Assembly (NCBI GenBank): GCA_040954595.2
Contig: CM082589.2
Coordinates: forward strand, 7,758,232 to 7,822,231
DNA: 64,000 nucleotides
Source of the DNA: Balanoglossus misakiensis
Lineage: Eukaryota > Animalia > Hemichordata
Direction of reading: 5' to 3'
A program made the position numbers and the translations under genes. Below are positions 38,353-50,853 of the stretch, in pieces (positions within the stretch are counted from its first letter, which is position 1; each line of letters opens with the position of its first letter). Below the pieces are notes generated by a model, which ran no database searches, was not told the DNA's origin, and was given only the letters and a program-made list of their open reading frames with translations.

Positions 38353-39927
38353 AATATTAGTGTAAATATATCTATACTTTTACAACAAAACATTATTTCC
38401 TTTATATTCTTGAATATCCACATTCATTTTATGTGGTCATGTGACATATCATCATTCAGTAACTTTATTTGATCATGGACATTTTTTTCATTGGCCGTTC
38501 TTGAGTAATCTGCAGTTTTTCAGCCATTTGCTGAGGCAAATGTATGTACCGGTATGTATGAAATTAGCAATATAATTGTATTTTTAGAGGAAACATTTGT
38601 TATTTTGTTAAAAATATTTCCTCAGAAACTACTTGTCTAATTGGAAATTTCCTTTGGCTGGTCATCATGAAAATAGCAATACTGTATTTTCAGGGCAAAT
38701 TTTGTGATTTTTTTAAATGTATTTTTTCTAGAAGTAACACTCAGGATTGTCTGGATTTTTGTGTGTAAAGGGTGCAAGTGTCTGTTTGTTTGAGGGTTGA
38801 CTCTGAAACTGATGGACTTGATGTGTACAATGTATCTTAATTTTTTGGTACGACATTTTAAACATTAAAAAAGACGGACTTCTTGTATAGAAAACGTGCA
38901 ATACCCAAAAAGTTGTGAAAAGAGATGGGTGTGGCCTGTCATACCCCCTAGCTAGGTTAGCTATAATCTCTGTACGTAGAATGACTTTTCAGATGAAATA
39001 AAACAGTGATTTGAATTTTATAATGACTGGAATGAACAGTCATTGTAAGTTTGTCGATAAATGGTAGAAACTTCCATTTTGCACGATGCAGGGAATGTAA
39101 TTAATTGTATTTGAAATACTCTCATTCTGTACTGTGTATCGACAATCACATGCAAAATTTTAATACAAACACAATATTTTCACACTCAAAATCAATTTAT
39201 TTTCATATATGGAACACAGTTTTACATATAGTGTAAGTAAACACTTCAAACGCATATCCGCTGGTCATAAAATATCTCTAGTTGCCATGACAAAATTTAC
39301 TATCACTCGAAATTCTGATCAAGAACTGTCGTGAAGGTTCAGGACTGGTGCATGTCTCATACAGTAGTGTGAAAATAAAGGTACTGCACTCAGGTTTTAA
39401 CTGAAATGCCATGAAAAATGTACAATAAAATCAGCAAATTTAACATATTACTTGGAATCCAATGTCTCTTTCAGTGGTCCTCAAAAAAAAAAACATTAAA
39501 AAACCCAGAGCCTCACGTAGACATCAGAATCTGACTTAACATTTTTTCCAGTTTTGTGGAAATCTTGAAGATTAAAATTTACTTCCAAAGCTCCATTTAC
39601 ACTCAAAGAACTCCCCAACATTTATTATGTACAGCATTTGGACTAAACGAACTTATCTTCAGATTTATTCTACTTTATGTCAAAAATGAGTGAGACCAGT
39701 ATTTATATAGAGTATGTGTGGCGAAGAGATACATCCTTCATTTATTTATATATGTTGATGACAGCAAACTGGTGTACAGGACGGAAACTCATAAATTGCA
39801 CTACAAAGTACCTACCAAGCCCACCCTTCATATCAAAACATATTTCATCATACTTTGGGGAAAAAATGTGCACCGGTTCTACATAAACTTTAGTCCAATA
39901 TTGTTTTCTATATGTAACATAAGTTTT

Positions 39928-42900
39928 CTATGCTACAAGCTTTTGCCTGGCCGAGTATAACTCTCTATCTGTTTTGAACGTAGCAAGGTTTTGATTCGTC
40001 TGTGTGACAGGTGGGATGGTAAGGCGATCTCTGACGGCCATGCATTTCTTATCCAAATCCAGTGAGTTCTTCTTGGTTGCCAAGTCTTCGTTGATGCGGT
40101 AAAGTTGTTTTTCCAGGGCATCACGGGCATTGCTGTCAAGATAAAAGGATTTCAAAATTTACTCAGAGAAGCTATCACAAGCAAAAAAACTTGAATATGT
40201 ATTTGTATAGGAAATACCACAAGTTAGAATGGGTTTTAATACAATGTAACCCTCACTGTAGCGATCAGAAGCTTGTAAACGTCGTAAGGTCGAAGGTCGA
40301 GTGACATTTACAAGATTCTGACCAACACTGTGAGGTCACGATCTTAGTTTTAGTGAACTTCGACTTCTATCTACAAACTTTGTTTTCACTGGATAAAAAA
40401 CAGCAAAGAGATTGGCTGGGAATCGAACCAAGGACCACCACTACGAGAGGTCTCTTCACTCTCTGATACTCTACGAGGGAATTTCTGCCAGCTCCTATTC
40501 ACAGATGCAATTTGATCATTCAAAACCCACTAAAGGCGGAAGTGACATCACACGCCTAGACTGGAGCTAGCTACGACTTCAATTTTGACAGAGCAAAAAC
40601 ACGCAATAAACTCAGCAAATTCGTGATACAATACAGTAAACAGACTCACACTCAGAGGTTTACGGAATTAAACTTAACCGTTTGCAGGAAAACTCCTTGG
40701 CGGGCCTTGGAGTTTTACAGGAAATTATATGGTTGAATTCTGTAAACCTCCTTGCGCTCATCCATTTACTCTCAGAAAAACACCAGTACTTACTGTGCTT
40801 CTTGTAGTTTATCTTTGAGTTCTTTGATACTGTTTTGTATTTCTTGGACTTCGTTGCAGAGGCCATACTGAGCATTGTCTCTACATAACTCGACATTGGG
40901 ACGATAAGTACGGTTTTCAAGACGGGTCATTGCCAATTTCAAGGGATTATCCTTGGCTTTGATAGCTGCTTCCAATTTACGAATATCGTCTTCCATGTCA
41001 GCAATTTCTTCTTCAGTCTGTTGAATTGCAATTAAAAAAACGTTGTTAGTGTTTACATTAAAGGGACAAAGTCTCTCTCTTGCTGCCCTTTTCCATGAAT
41101 TATGTTTGATACAAGACACCGTTTATGTTATTCTTCATGTGGATATATAGTGAATCAATGTTTGACCACACACAACTTCCATCCCGCGTGTAGACACGAG
41201 TGAGAAAACTCGCCAAATTGAATAATCGTTCTTTACCATTTATTCATTTTGGGCGAGTTTTACTCTCATATCATACAAACGGGATGGAAGTTGTGTGTGG
41301 TTGAACGTTCAGTCATTACATATACACACAGTCACACACCAATCAATAGAAGCAATAATTACATTTTTCTTCTGCCATTCATCTTCGTCTTTCGCCTTCT
41401 CCATGTCGTGAATTCTCTTCCTGTAGGAATAGTCCAAGGCTTGTCTCTGAGCATCCAAATCATTATTGGTCTTTGCAATAGTTGCCTTGATGGCTTCACG
41501 TAATCGCTGTGATGCCTTCATCTCGGCTTCTGCACGGTCTCGGTTGTAACGACTGTAATCTTCCCATGTCTGTGGTGTGGTGCTCCTGTGAGTTACACGT
41601 AGAAACAAAATTATTAATTTCCACTCTACAACTGATGCAATTTAGCTTTCCATAACACACACACACAAAAGATTTGTGTTATAGGACCAAAATTCATGGA
41701 GCTTTCTGTTGATATTATAGGTATAGTCAAACCTGTCTATAGTGGCCAGTCAAGGGACTTTACGAAACTGGCCTTTATAGACAGGTGCCCTTTATAGACA
41801 GGTCAACTAATGTACATGTAAATTGCACAGGGACTGTAACAAAGTGACAGCAGAGCTATATAGAGGTGGCCACTAACACAGGTTTGACTTTATTCATTCA
41901 AAATGTATTGTCACAAACTTATCAAGCCACTTGCTAAAGGCCAATCTTGACTTTTTGGTACACTGACTGACACAATTTAGGTTTTAAGTTCATGACCAGC
42001 ATAGAGAACTTACCCTTTAGGTGTACGTGTTGGATCTGGTTGAAAGCAGATATCGGGTGAGTCAATGGTCAGCTCACGGCAGTAAGTATCAATTCCCTTC
42101 GCTTCAGACTTGTCCCGAAGATCAGCTGCCAGTTGCTGTCTGGCTTCTTGAAGTAAACACAACTGCTCAAACGCTTCGGAGACTTTCTGTTGTAAAGCTT
42201 GTTTGGCACCTTCGATCACATCAACTTCCTATTTTTGACAGAAAAGGTTTGAAAGTTAATATATTGGTGGTCTACTGAACAGCACACTGCGCCACCACAT
42301 GAAAACCTTTAAAGGGGCAATATGTCGCTAACTTTTTACATTATAGTTTGTTATTTTAGTTTCTTTTGAAACATCGTTTAATTTGCTAGATGTTCATTGA
42401 ATCATGCTCAATGGCTGTTGGGGGCAGGTTACACTTACAGTTGCCTTTACTGGCAACATATGACAAGGTCAGATAACAGGGTCAGGCAACCACCAAGCTA
42501 AGTACCCAACCAGTTTGCTGGCTTTTATTGAGACTTTGCTTTGCTCAGGTAATTACATGCACACTTGATATTTTAAAGGCAATAATCTAGCACTCACAGC
42601 ATGGATGACATTGCATACATAGAAACGTGTCCTGCTAATTATTGAGGAAAATTTCAATAAAAGTGCCTGGCTTGTTGGCGGTTTGAGGTGCACATGTATG
42701 GTCACACATTTCTCATCCAACCTAGTAAGCTCTACCACAAAACGTGCTGTATCATAAGACACACACAACTGGGTCTTCACCTTTATGAAAATTTAGATAT
42801 GAGAGTATTCTCCCCAGTAATTTCTGATAGAGTAGGTGATAATTTGCATGACAATATCAACAACTGTTATATTAAGTTCTATTGTCTTCACAAAATTTAA

Positions 42901-43409
42901 AGAGTAGTGGCCACTATGCTTTAATTTCTCTGGGGAGAACACTGTATGATTGATACCATGGCAACATTCTCTGTGTCTCTTACCTTATGAAGTTCTGCAT
43001 CAACATCATCATCAACGACGTCAATCCCCTTCCTTCCATCTCTCAGTGTAAGACATTCCATCGCTACATCCAGTGGGAGAGCCTTTGCTTCGAGCGCTCT
43101 CTCTGCCGCCTCCTTCTCATCTTGCAGCCTTTCGATCTCTTCATCAGTGTCTTTCAGGGTCTTCTCCAAAATCTGCCTCCACTGCTCGATGTCGTCGATT
43201 CTGTTGGAGAGACGAGTGGTGTTGTCGTGGGTTCCCCACCATGTCTTGTTGTCGGTGACATTCGTCAACTGGCGGCCCTCCTGCCGGATGCGATGGGATG
43301 AGTCGCGTTGGCGTTCCGAGTTTGTGGCAAGGACGTAGTTTGATGTGTGCCAGTCGGACGGAGCAAAGTGTGTGGCGTTTTTGTAGTTGACTTCTGCTTT
43401 TGTCGACAT
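39928..43409 (-). CDS. TEKT2: Tektin-2 (tektin B1), axonemal microtubule inner protein
   Basis: Exons 43409-42984, 42228-42014, 41585-41363, 41017-40794, 40132-39928 splice in phase. Contains the tektin signature RPNVELCRD. The N-terminus DWHTSNYVLATNSERQRDSSHRIRQE and LPLDVAMECLTLR match the TEKT2 subfamily. A 5'UTR exon ends at 44422 and splices to an acceptor at 43435. Confidence 0.95.
41062..41312. mobile_element. MITE family A, truncated copy in a TEKT2 intron
   Basis: TTAA-AGGGACAAAGTCTCTCTC start. The right end is missing. Confidence 0.85.
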
Positions 43410-44479
43410 CTTGAACAGCAGTTACGTCCCAAAACCTGCATGAGATAATTCGGATGTCGATCAATACCTATTACCTACAAATTCCGGTAGAACTGTATCT
43501 TCTTGTCGTCTTACAGCAATTTATTGTTGTGTGAAAAGGTAAACATCCGAACATTACAATACAACAGAAATCTAACAGTAACACCCCATCAATCATTTCA
43601 CAACATAGATACCATTACCATGCACAAGTTGACTGACATAAACTAGGTTTCAATCTTCTAGACAAAGCTGCAGCTGGTGACAGTTAACACAGCCCTGCCA
43701 TGCAGAGCTTAAATTAACATGTTGAACTACCACTGGTGTTTTAAAAACGTCCACCTATATTATAGTTGCAATAATTGTAACATTGGTGGGCTGGTTGGAT
43801 GGCCCACCATCCAGCCACCAACTTAGGCTATCTAGCCCTAGGCTATATTACATTGTTATTGGCTGTCTATAAACAATGCAAGACTCGAGTTTGATCAGCT
43901 CCATCATGTACATGTTACGTACAATAAATCATAATCAAATTTAAGTTTCAGATATACCAAACTAAGCTGAACGTGTGTGTATGTAGCCGGCCGCGAGGCA
44001 GAGGCAAGCTTTGGCAACATAGTGTTAGAAAACTTAAAAATGGCGGAGGTCTTCGACCAGTCTAAGTTCTAGAGAAAATACTGCCAAATACAGAGAATAA
44101 ATGGGTTACAACCTAGGCCAAAGCAACGCCAAATGTTACGATACACAACTTATCAAGGTCGACATACTGATCTAGCCCAGACATTACCATGGGAACTCGA
44201 CAACAGGTCACTCACATCACAAGCACACAGTACCGAGGTGACAGACGTGATAAGCAGGCAACGTACATGTAGTAAATCGCAAGTCTGAGAAAATAACGGC
44301 GCTTGCAATGTCACCAATATTCTTTCGTAAATGTTAAACTGATATTCGCTGATTAAATTATATGAATTTAAAACTTCAGAATGCATAATTTTACAGAGAA
44401 GAACAACACGTATGCACATACCTAGTGATCAGAAGCAAGCTCTCCAAATGTATGAACTGTGTTTGCTTGCTGGTTCGAT

Positions 44480-44705
44480 GTTGAACTACTCGTTGCTATG
44501 TTCCAACATATCCAAGGGTGGTTTTGTTACAAATGATTCGATTGGTTCAGACCCTTGTAAAAGGTGACCGACGTCCAATCAATGACGGTGGGCCACGCGT
44601 ACTCCTACGATACTGATTTGTTTATTTCCATAGATACCAATCCTAGTTATGCTAATGTTTTGTCATGAATATTCATATATCATTAATATTCATTTCAACA
44701 TGGCG
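44480..44705. promoter_or_regulatory. Bidirectional TEKT2/ATRAID promoter
   Basis: RFX X-box-like GTTGCTATG at 44492, opposed CCAAT boxes (ATTGG 44541, CCAAT 44575), CACGCG, and a YY1-like AACATGGCG over the ATRAID ATG. Confidence 0.7.
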
Positions 44706-47700
44706 CCGTACAGGAAGAGAGATACGATAATGATGTACAAGACTTTATTTCAAATATCAACTTTCATACTGACATTTCTTACCACAGACGTGGGATCTGA
44801 GGTAATGTATTGCAGCATGTTTGACCTTCTGCTATCTATATATTCAATGTGTATATCATGTACATGTAAATGATATCCGACGATTACGTACAGACCCCGT
44901 CCGTGGTGCACGGTGTGTTGTTTACACGGCGATCGCCTAAGACTTAGGCGATCGTCGTGTAAACAACAAACAGTTTTCAAGCGACTGTGCGTGGTACGTA
45001 CAGTGGTGTCGGTTCCCGTCAGTGGAATCACTGGTTCGAACCCTGGCATAGCAATACGAAGTTCTTTGTCGCAGTGTCTTATTGCTTGAGTGAAGACACA
45101 ACCTTTTGTCCCTCGAGTTGTGGCTTTCGAGTCGTTTCGGCACTGCGGAGTTTCGGCCCCAGTCACTTCGGCACCCAATTTTCACGACCCCGGTCTGTTC
45201 GGCCCCGACACCCCAGTCGTTTCGGTACTTATCGGTAGCCTTAAGTAAAATTGAATAAAACGTATGTATTTTTCCTGAGACTGTTATAAAAGTAATAGTG
45301 GTAACCCTAGCAAAAGTAAAATTCAAGCAGACGGGACTAAGAAAATGCAAATTCATAGCAGCGATTAACACAATCTATGGCATGTTTTATCGGTCATTAT
45401 GCAAATACATCTTTATCGGTCATTATGCAAATACATCTGTATAGCTCCACAAAGCAGGTCGCGCCGACAAAGCACTGAGTTGCGCCACACTATATGCCAT
45501 TCTACCCGGTTGCAATGCTGTTTAGTTTTCTCACTTTAAGTTAAACTTGTATTCGTATGGAAGAAATAAAAATTTCGTATAACATATTGCTTTAAATGTA
45601 CGTGCTGTAACCTAGGCCACAAACTTGGCACGCGTCGGGACTATAATTTATGCACGCAGAACCATTAGATGATGTTTACCTATTTCATTAGCTACATTAA
45701 AATGATACTGTACAGGAAGCGAGAACTAATTCAACTTGTTACTTATCTGAAAGACTGTGGCGCCTGATGATACCCTTTTAATACGGGTATATACCCGGGG
45801 GACCTAGAGCCAAGTTTAGTTGGGCCATTACAGACAAGTACCGAAACGACTGGGGTGTCGGGGCCGAACAGACCGGGGTCGTGAAAATTGGGTGCCGAAG
45901 TGACTGGGGCCGAAACTCCGCAGTGCCGAAACGACCTGTTACCGAGTTGTGCGGGGGGGGGGGGGGGGGGGTGAACCGTTTCTGATATTAACCCCAGGCC
46001 GAGTCCAGGGCAAATTGTAGAATAGAGTAGGGTATGTTTTTGACAAAACAGGGGCAATGTTTTTTAAAGACCGAGTGTATTGACTCCCCTCGGTCCAGAT
46101 GGGTCTTGCAGCAGTCCAAGCAGGGCACGGCTCCTGACGCGACGGGGAATTGTTGCGGCCACCATAATCAAGTTTGTGAAATTCTTTCGTTTGTGTTTCG
46201 TTCAACGTGAGAGGCATCCACGGATCTATGCTAAAACTTCACAAATCGTGCTTCTTTCTTCGTAAAAACACATTTTAGGAGAAAGGGGTGACTCGAAAGT
46301 GCAAGTTATCAAGGAAAAAATAGCAAAAAGAGAACGTTAAAATATAGCGAAAAAGATTAAAGGGACAAAGTCTCTCTCTCGCTGCCCTTTTTCCATTAAT
46401 TATATTTGATACAAGACTACGTAAATGTTATTCTACATGTGGATATATAGAGAATCAACATTCAACCACACACACCTTCCATCCCGCTTGTAGGATATGA
46501 GAGTAAAAACTCACCCAAAATGAATAAACGGTAGAGACTGATTATTCATTTTGGCAAGTTTTTCACTCTCGTGTCTACAAGTGGGATGGAAGTTGTGTGT
46601 GGTTGAACGTTGATTCACTATATATCCACATGTAGAATAACATAAACGGTGTCTTGTAGCAAATACATAATTAACGGAAAAGGGGCAGTGAGAGAGAGAC
46701 TTTGTCCCTTTAAGTGAAGGCCCATGAATTTAGTGGATAAAAAAAACCTGACGAGTCAGCATTTTTTCACCAATGGTTTGTCTAAGGGCAAAACATTAAA
46801 CAAAGTTTATCTCGAAATAAAGTATGGTGACAATACAATTTTATTTGACCACTGAATTTATATTTATTTGACTGAGCTATGTCATAAAAATGACAATAGT
46901 AGAAGTGAGTTTTCTAGCTATTCTCAATGTAATCCTATGGGTAGAGAAAATGCACACACAGTTGCGCAGTTGAAAGTTTACGCTATGCACATACATCCTT
47001 AATTACTTTAAGTTTTGAAATTAGCACTCATCACTGGCTTGTATTCAGGCAACTTCATTGGTTTTACAACTTTGAGAGATTCGTGTATTCTTCTTCATGA
47101 AGAAGAACTTTACAACTTTACAGTACACTTTAACATCTGTGCATATTTTCTTTTCTTCAGGGTGACATTTGTCATTTATCAGGTTGTCATGGTGACATGA
47201 GCAATACTAGTCTTGTATATAGTTTCTGTAATCAGCATGATCATTCGTGGATAGATGGAAGGTGTTGCATTCAAAATCTCAACAAATCAAAGACTTTTGT
47301 TGGGTAAGTTATACCACAATATTAAAGTAAGTTAAGGAAATGCCGAATAGCAAATAGTGTCTCTGAAATGTTCCACATGTAGTTTTTCCAAGTGTGGTAA
47401 AGTTGACATACAAGAGCTTTACCTAGGATTACCTGCAGCTGAACTTTATTTAAATCCAGTTCTTCACAATTAAAAGAAATTTCAATACTTTACTAATTCT
47501 AGAAAACTGTCAAGTACAGTATGAAGAATGATAAACAAGAACTGTAGAGACAAATATGAAATTTCACTGTTGTGAGAACTGATACAGAGAACCAACAACT
47601 AAAATGCTTTTTCTTACAGAATTGATCTTGAAGATTGCAACATTGCAAGTGTAGAGTCCATGCTGGAGAACGTGACTGAGGTCCAAATATTGTAAGTACA

Positions 47701-50700
47701 CAAGTTTACAAATAAACGACACATAAAAGAACTCCTTCCATCACTTTCCTTGTTACTTACACCTCCTAATTTTGAATTCCCACCAGTTTTTGAGTGTAGC
47801 TACACCCAAAGCGCTGTCTCATAACAATTAAAATATATATTTTCTTTCAGATTATTAAACAGAAATCCACTTTCAGATTGTCCAGCGTCAGCATTTGATG
47901 GTCTGATTAAATTGGAAATATTGTAAGTGAACTACTCTCTTCTTAAGTAATATTGACAAAAACTAACTTTTCTTTTTATCAGCTGCATTTAATTCTATTT
48001 CCTGATACATGTCCTCATTTCAATTCAATTAATCAGTGAAGATGTCGCTGGCTGTGCTTACAGCCTGTGTTGATGTATGCAAACTAAATGTTCTGAATAA
48101 AGAAGCAGTAGTGAGGCCATATATATTTTTCTGGTTGACACTGTCACGTCCCTCTTGAAATTGTTTTTGTTTTGGTTTTTTCAGAATGTTACCATTTGCA
48201 TGTAGTTGTCCTGGTAGCCCTTATGCATGGCAAAAAATGGAATGGAACAGAGAAGGAAACTATACACTTTGTGAAAACCAAATCGATCTGTGTAATTCTA
48301 CCCTGCCACAAGGTCAGTTGTCTTCTGCCATACTTCGAAACTATTTACAAGTATAGAAATGACAAATTAATGGAGACAGTGGAAATTTAATTATCTATTG
48401 GTGACTGTACTATCAAGCTTTGTTTTAGGAATATCAGCTACATTTCTGATAGGATGCTCTGCAGCACTTTCATATTTTGTATCTATGCTGTCTTCATCGG
48501 CTACTTCTGCATCACTCTGACTCATAGTTTTCTCCACTTCCTAAATTCATATGAAGATACCAAATGTTTCTGTCTAAATTCTTGAAGATCAACAACAACA
48601 GTGTCATTGAAGTCTTTTAAACAAGGAATCGGGTGCAGTAATCCGTTTGAACCCTACCATCATTTGAATTCAACTCTGCTACAACATCCAACTGGAGCAC
48701 CTTAGCTCTTGCTTGGCCAGTCAAGGCTTGTTTGTTCCTGTCATCAATTGCCATACCTGGATCTCCTTTTTCCATGTTTCATAGAAAGTAACACTTGTGA
48801 ACATTCACTTGACAGGGAAGCCATAGAACTGAACTAATTATGCAAGTAATCCCTGCACATGCTGAGAAAGGTCTCATTACCACGGAATTCTTTTTACCAG
48901 CACCAAACGGCAAACTGGCAACATCGTATTTCTTTCATGCCAGCAACGCGTTATCTCTAAAATTGTAACAACGTCACAATGTACTAGACAAAGAGGCGTC
49001 CCCCCATCCCAATTGCGCAGTTGAAGTACGTGCGTGTTGAGAGAGAGACGTGAACAGAAAGGGGTAGGAGACCGATTTGAACACGGACGACGAGAGTTGT
49101 TTAGCGTGTCAAACGCTGCTCTACGAAGCTCGTAGTTACCTACTGACCGGGACATTTGTGCTTGAACGGACTGGGTTCCTCCCGATTGCCGCACGCCGGC
49201 GGGTATGAAAGTGTAGGCTAAGACGTCGATCCACCGGCCGGCTGCACTGTTCCCAACATTACCAGCTCCACGCCACTTTGAGCTGCACCGCGGTCGGATA
49301 TCCCACCCCGGCTGCCGGACAGCATATGAAGGTGTCTGAGGCCTTTTCTAGTCAAAACTTTGGGGTTTTCGGAATGGGAAATAGCGGAACAAGAACATGG
49401 ATATATACTAAATCATGAACGCCAAACAAACACGTTGAAAAAGCCAGATCTGAAAAATTCATGTGGCGTCCGCCGCTGGGCGCATTGACGCGTCAACGTT
49501 TTTTTCAAACAACGTAACCTGTCACGATTGCTGCCACAAACAACAAGTTCGTGCGTAGGTCGAGAAAGTTCTCAAGCGGCCGGGTGATCGCGGCAAGGTT
49601 AGCGGCGGCCTCGCACGCCCGAATTTGCCACAAAACTATCAGTCCACACAGCAATGCCGTTCAAACTCTTCCGTCGTATTTATTTCAACACAAATTCAGA
49701 ATACAACACGGCAGTTTGGTACGTCGTCTCTATCCTACACTGCTAATTCTCATCTCAATCCCTAAAAAAGTTCAACAGACGGGATACACTGCAACCCGCG
49801 GCACTAGAAATGGCAAAATTCACGTCTCTGCTTCACAGGAATCTACCGACCTGAAGTGGGAGGAACCCAGTCCGTTCAAGTACATGTACAAATGTCCCGG
49901 TAAGAAGGTAACTACGAGCTTCGTAGAGCAGCGTTCGAGTCGACACGTCTCTCTCAACACGCACGTACTTCAACTGCGCAATAGGGATGGGGGGGCGCCT
50001 CTTTGTCTACTAAATTGTGACGTTGTTACAATTTTAGAGATAACGTGTCGGGCCCCCTCAAAGAAAGCCGGTGGCCCCCTCAAAGAAAGCCGGTGTTGCT
50101 AGTTTGGCATTCGTTGCTAGTAAAAAGAATTTTGTAGTAATAACATTTCAATGACAAGATTAATAACTTAACATTGTATCAAATGTAATTAATGGTAAAA
50201 AGGGCAGCGAGAGAGAGACTTTGTCCCTTTAATAGGGGGTAGCTCTTGACTCAAAACAAAATATCCCACATTTCAGATCATGCATTTCTTTCCACTTAAA
50301 CTCAGAACTTTTCACTGCCAGGTATGTGTCCTAGTAACTCGTACTGCATTCAATATGGACCGGGTCTGACTGAGTGTCTATGTCAAGAAGGTTACCATGG
50401 ATACAAATGTTTACAGAAGGTAGGTAATCTTATCAAGTGGATTTTTTTAAGTGCGTCAAATTTGTTTCTTTCAATTGGTATGTTGTGTGATGGTTGGTTT
50501 GTTAACAGGTGTATAATTTGCATATGCTCTATATGGTAAAAAGGGTGTGCCTATGTTCGTTTGACTGTGTGGCACTACACTTTTTATTGCGTGTGCCACC
50601 CACTAAAATCTGTGATTGGCTGTATTATAATTTCCATGGTAATGGTGGTTAGATTTGCATACATGCAGGTGATGGTATAACTTTAGTTTTCCCTCCTCAA

Positions 50701-50853
50701 GTTAAAGCATAATTTATTTTATTCTGCTTTTTGTTTGATTAGGGAACATTCCCTTACGCTGTATTTTTTGGAGTCACGGGCGCGTCAACGTTGTTACTGT
50801 CGTTGTTTCTGTGGGTGACTCAAAGGAGGAATGTACTCAAGAAAACTGTTTGA
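44700..50853 (+). CDS. ATRAID: All-trans retinoic acid-induced differentiation factor (APR-3): signal peptide, LRR-like, EGF and TM domains
   Basis: Exons 44700-44801, 47161-47303, 47620-47691, 47851-47922, 48185-48312, 50322-50419, 50743-50853 splice in phase. Motifs GRCC..VGIDLEDC, LNRNPL..F.GL..L, CPG..AW, MCPSNSYC..GPGLTECLCQEGYHGYKC and GTFP..FFG..LLSLFLWVTQRR match ATRAID. Confidence 0.92.
45131..45943. mobile_element. DNA element with ~100-bp TIRs built of TTCGGCCCC sub-repeats
   Basis: 45131-45231 is the reverse complement of about 45836-45935. A B-box-like GGTTCGAACCC (SINE-like) lies just upstream at about 45033. Confidence 0.8.
46361..46709. mobile_element. MITE family A, full-length copy in ATRAID intron 1
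   Basis: TTAA-AGGGACAAAG...CTTTGTCCCT-TTAA. Confidence 0.9.
48480..48825 (-). mobile_element. Decayed LTR-retrotransposon relic (gag and integrase fragments, copia-like)
   Basis: The minus strand gives FYETWKKEIQVWQ..ALTGQARAKVLQLD..LNSNDG (gag-like), then DFNDTVVVDL..WYLHM (integrase-start-like), broken by frameshifts. Confidence 0.55.
48876..50141. mobile_element. 1.27-kb element with long imperfect TIRs (about 300 bp) in an ATRAID intron
   Basis: 48876-49185 mirrors about 49855-50141, e.g. GTTATCTCTAAAATTGTAACAACGTCACAAT versus ATTGTGACGTTGTTACAATTTTAGAGATAAC. The interior is GC-rich. Confidence 0.8.

Noticed and set aside
40400-40480. tRNA-like B-box (GGTTCGATTCCC on the minus strand; similar at about 45033)
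   Set aside because: No complete cloverleaf could be built. It is more likely a tRNA-derived SINE or repeat fragment.
42987-43338. Plus-strand ORFs overlapping TEKT2 exon 1
   Set aside because: They are antisense shadows of the real coding exon.
49551-50102. 183-aa ORF inside the long-TIR element
   Set aside because: It has a GTG start, runs through the TIR and shows no transposase motifs.
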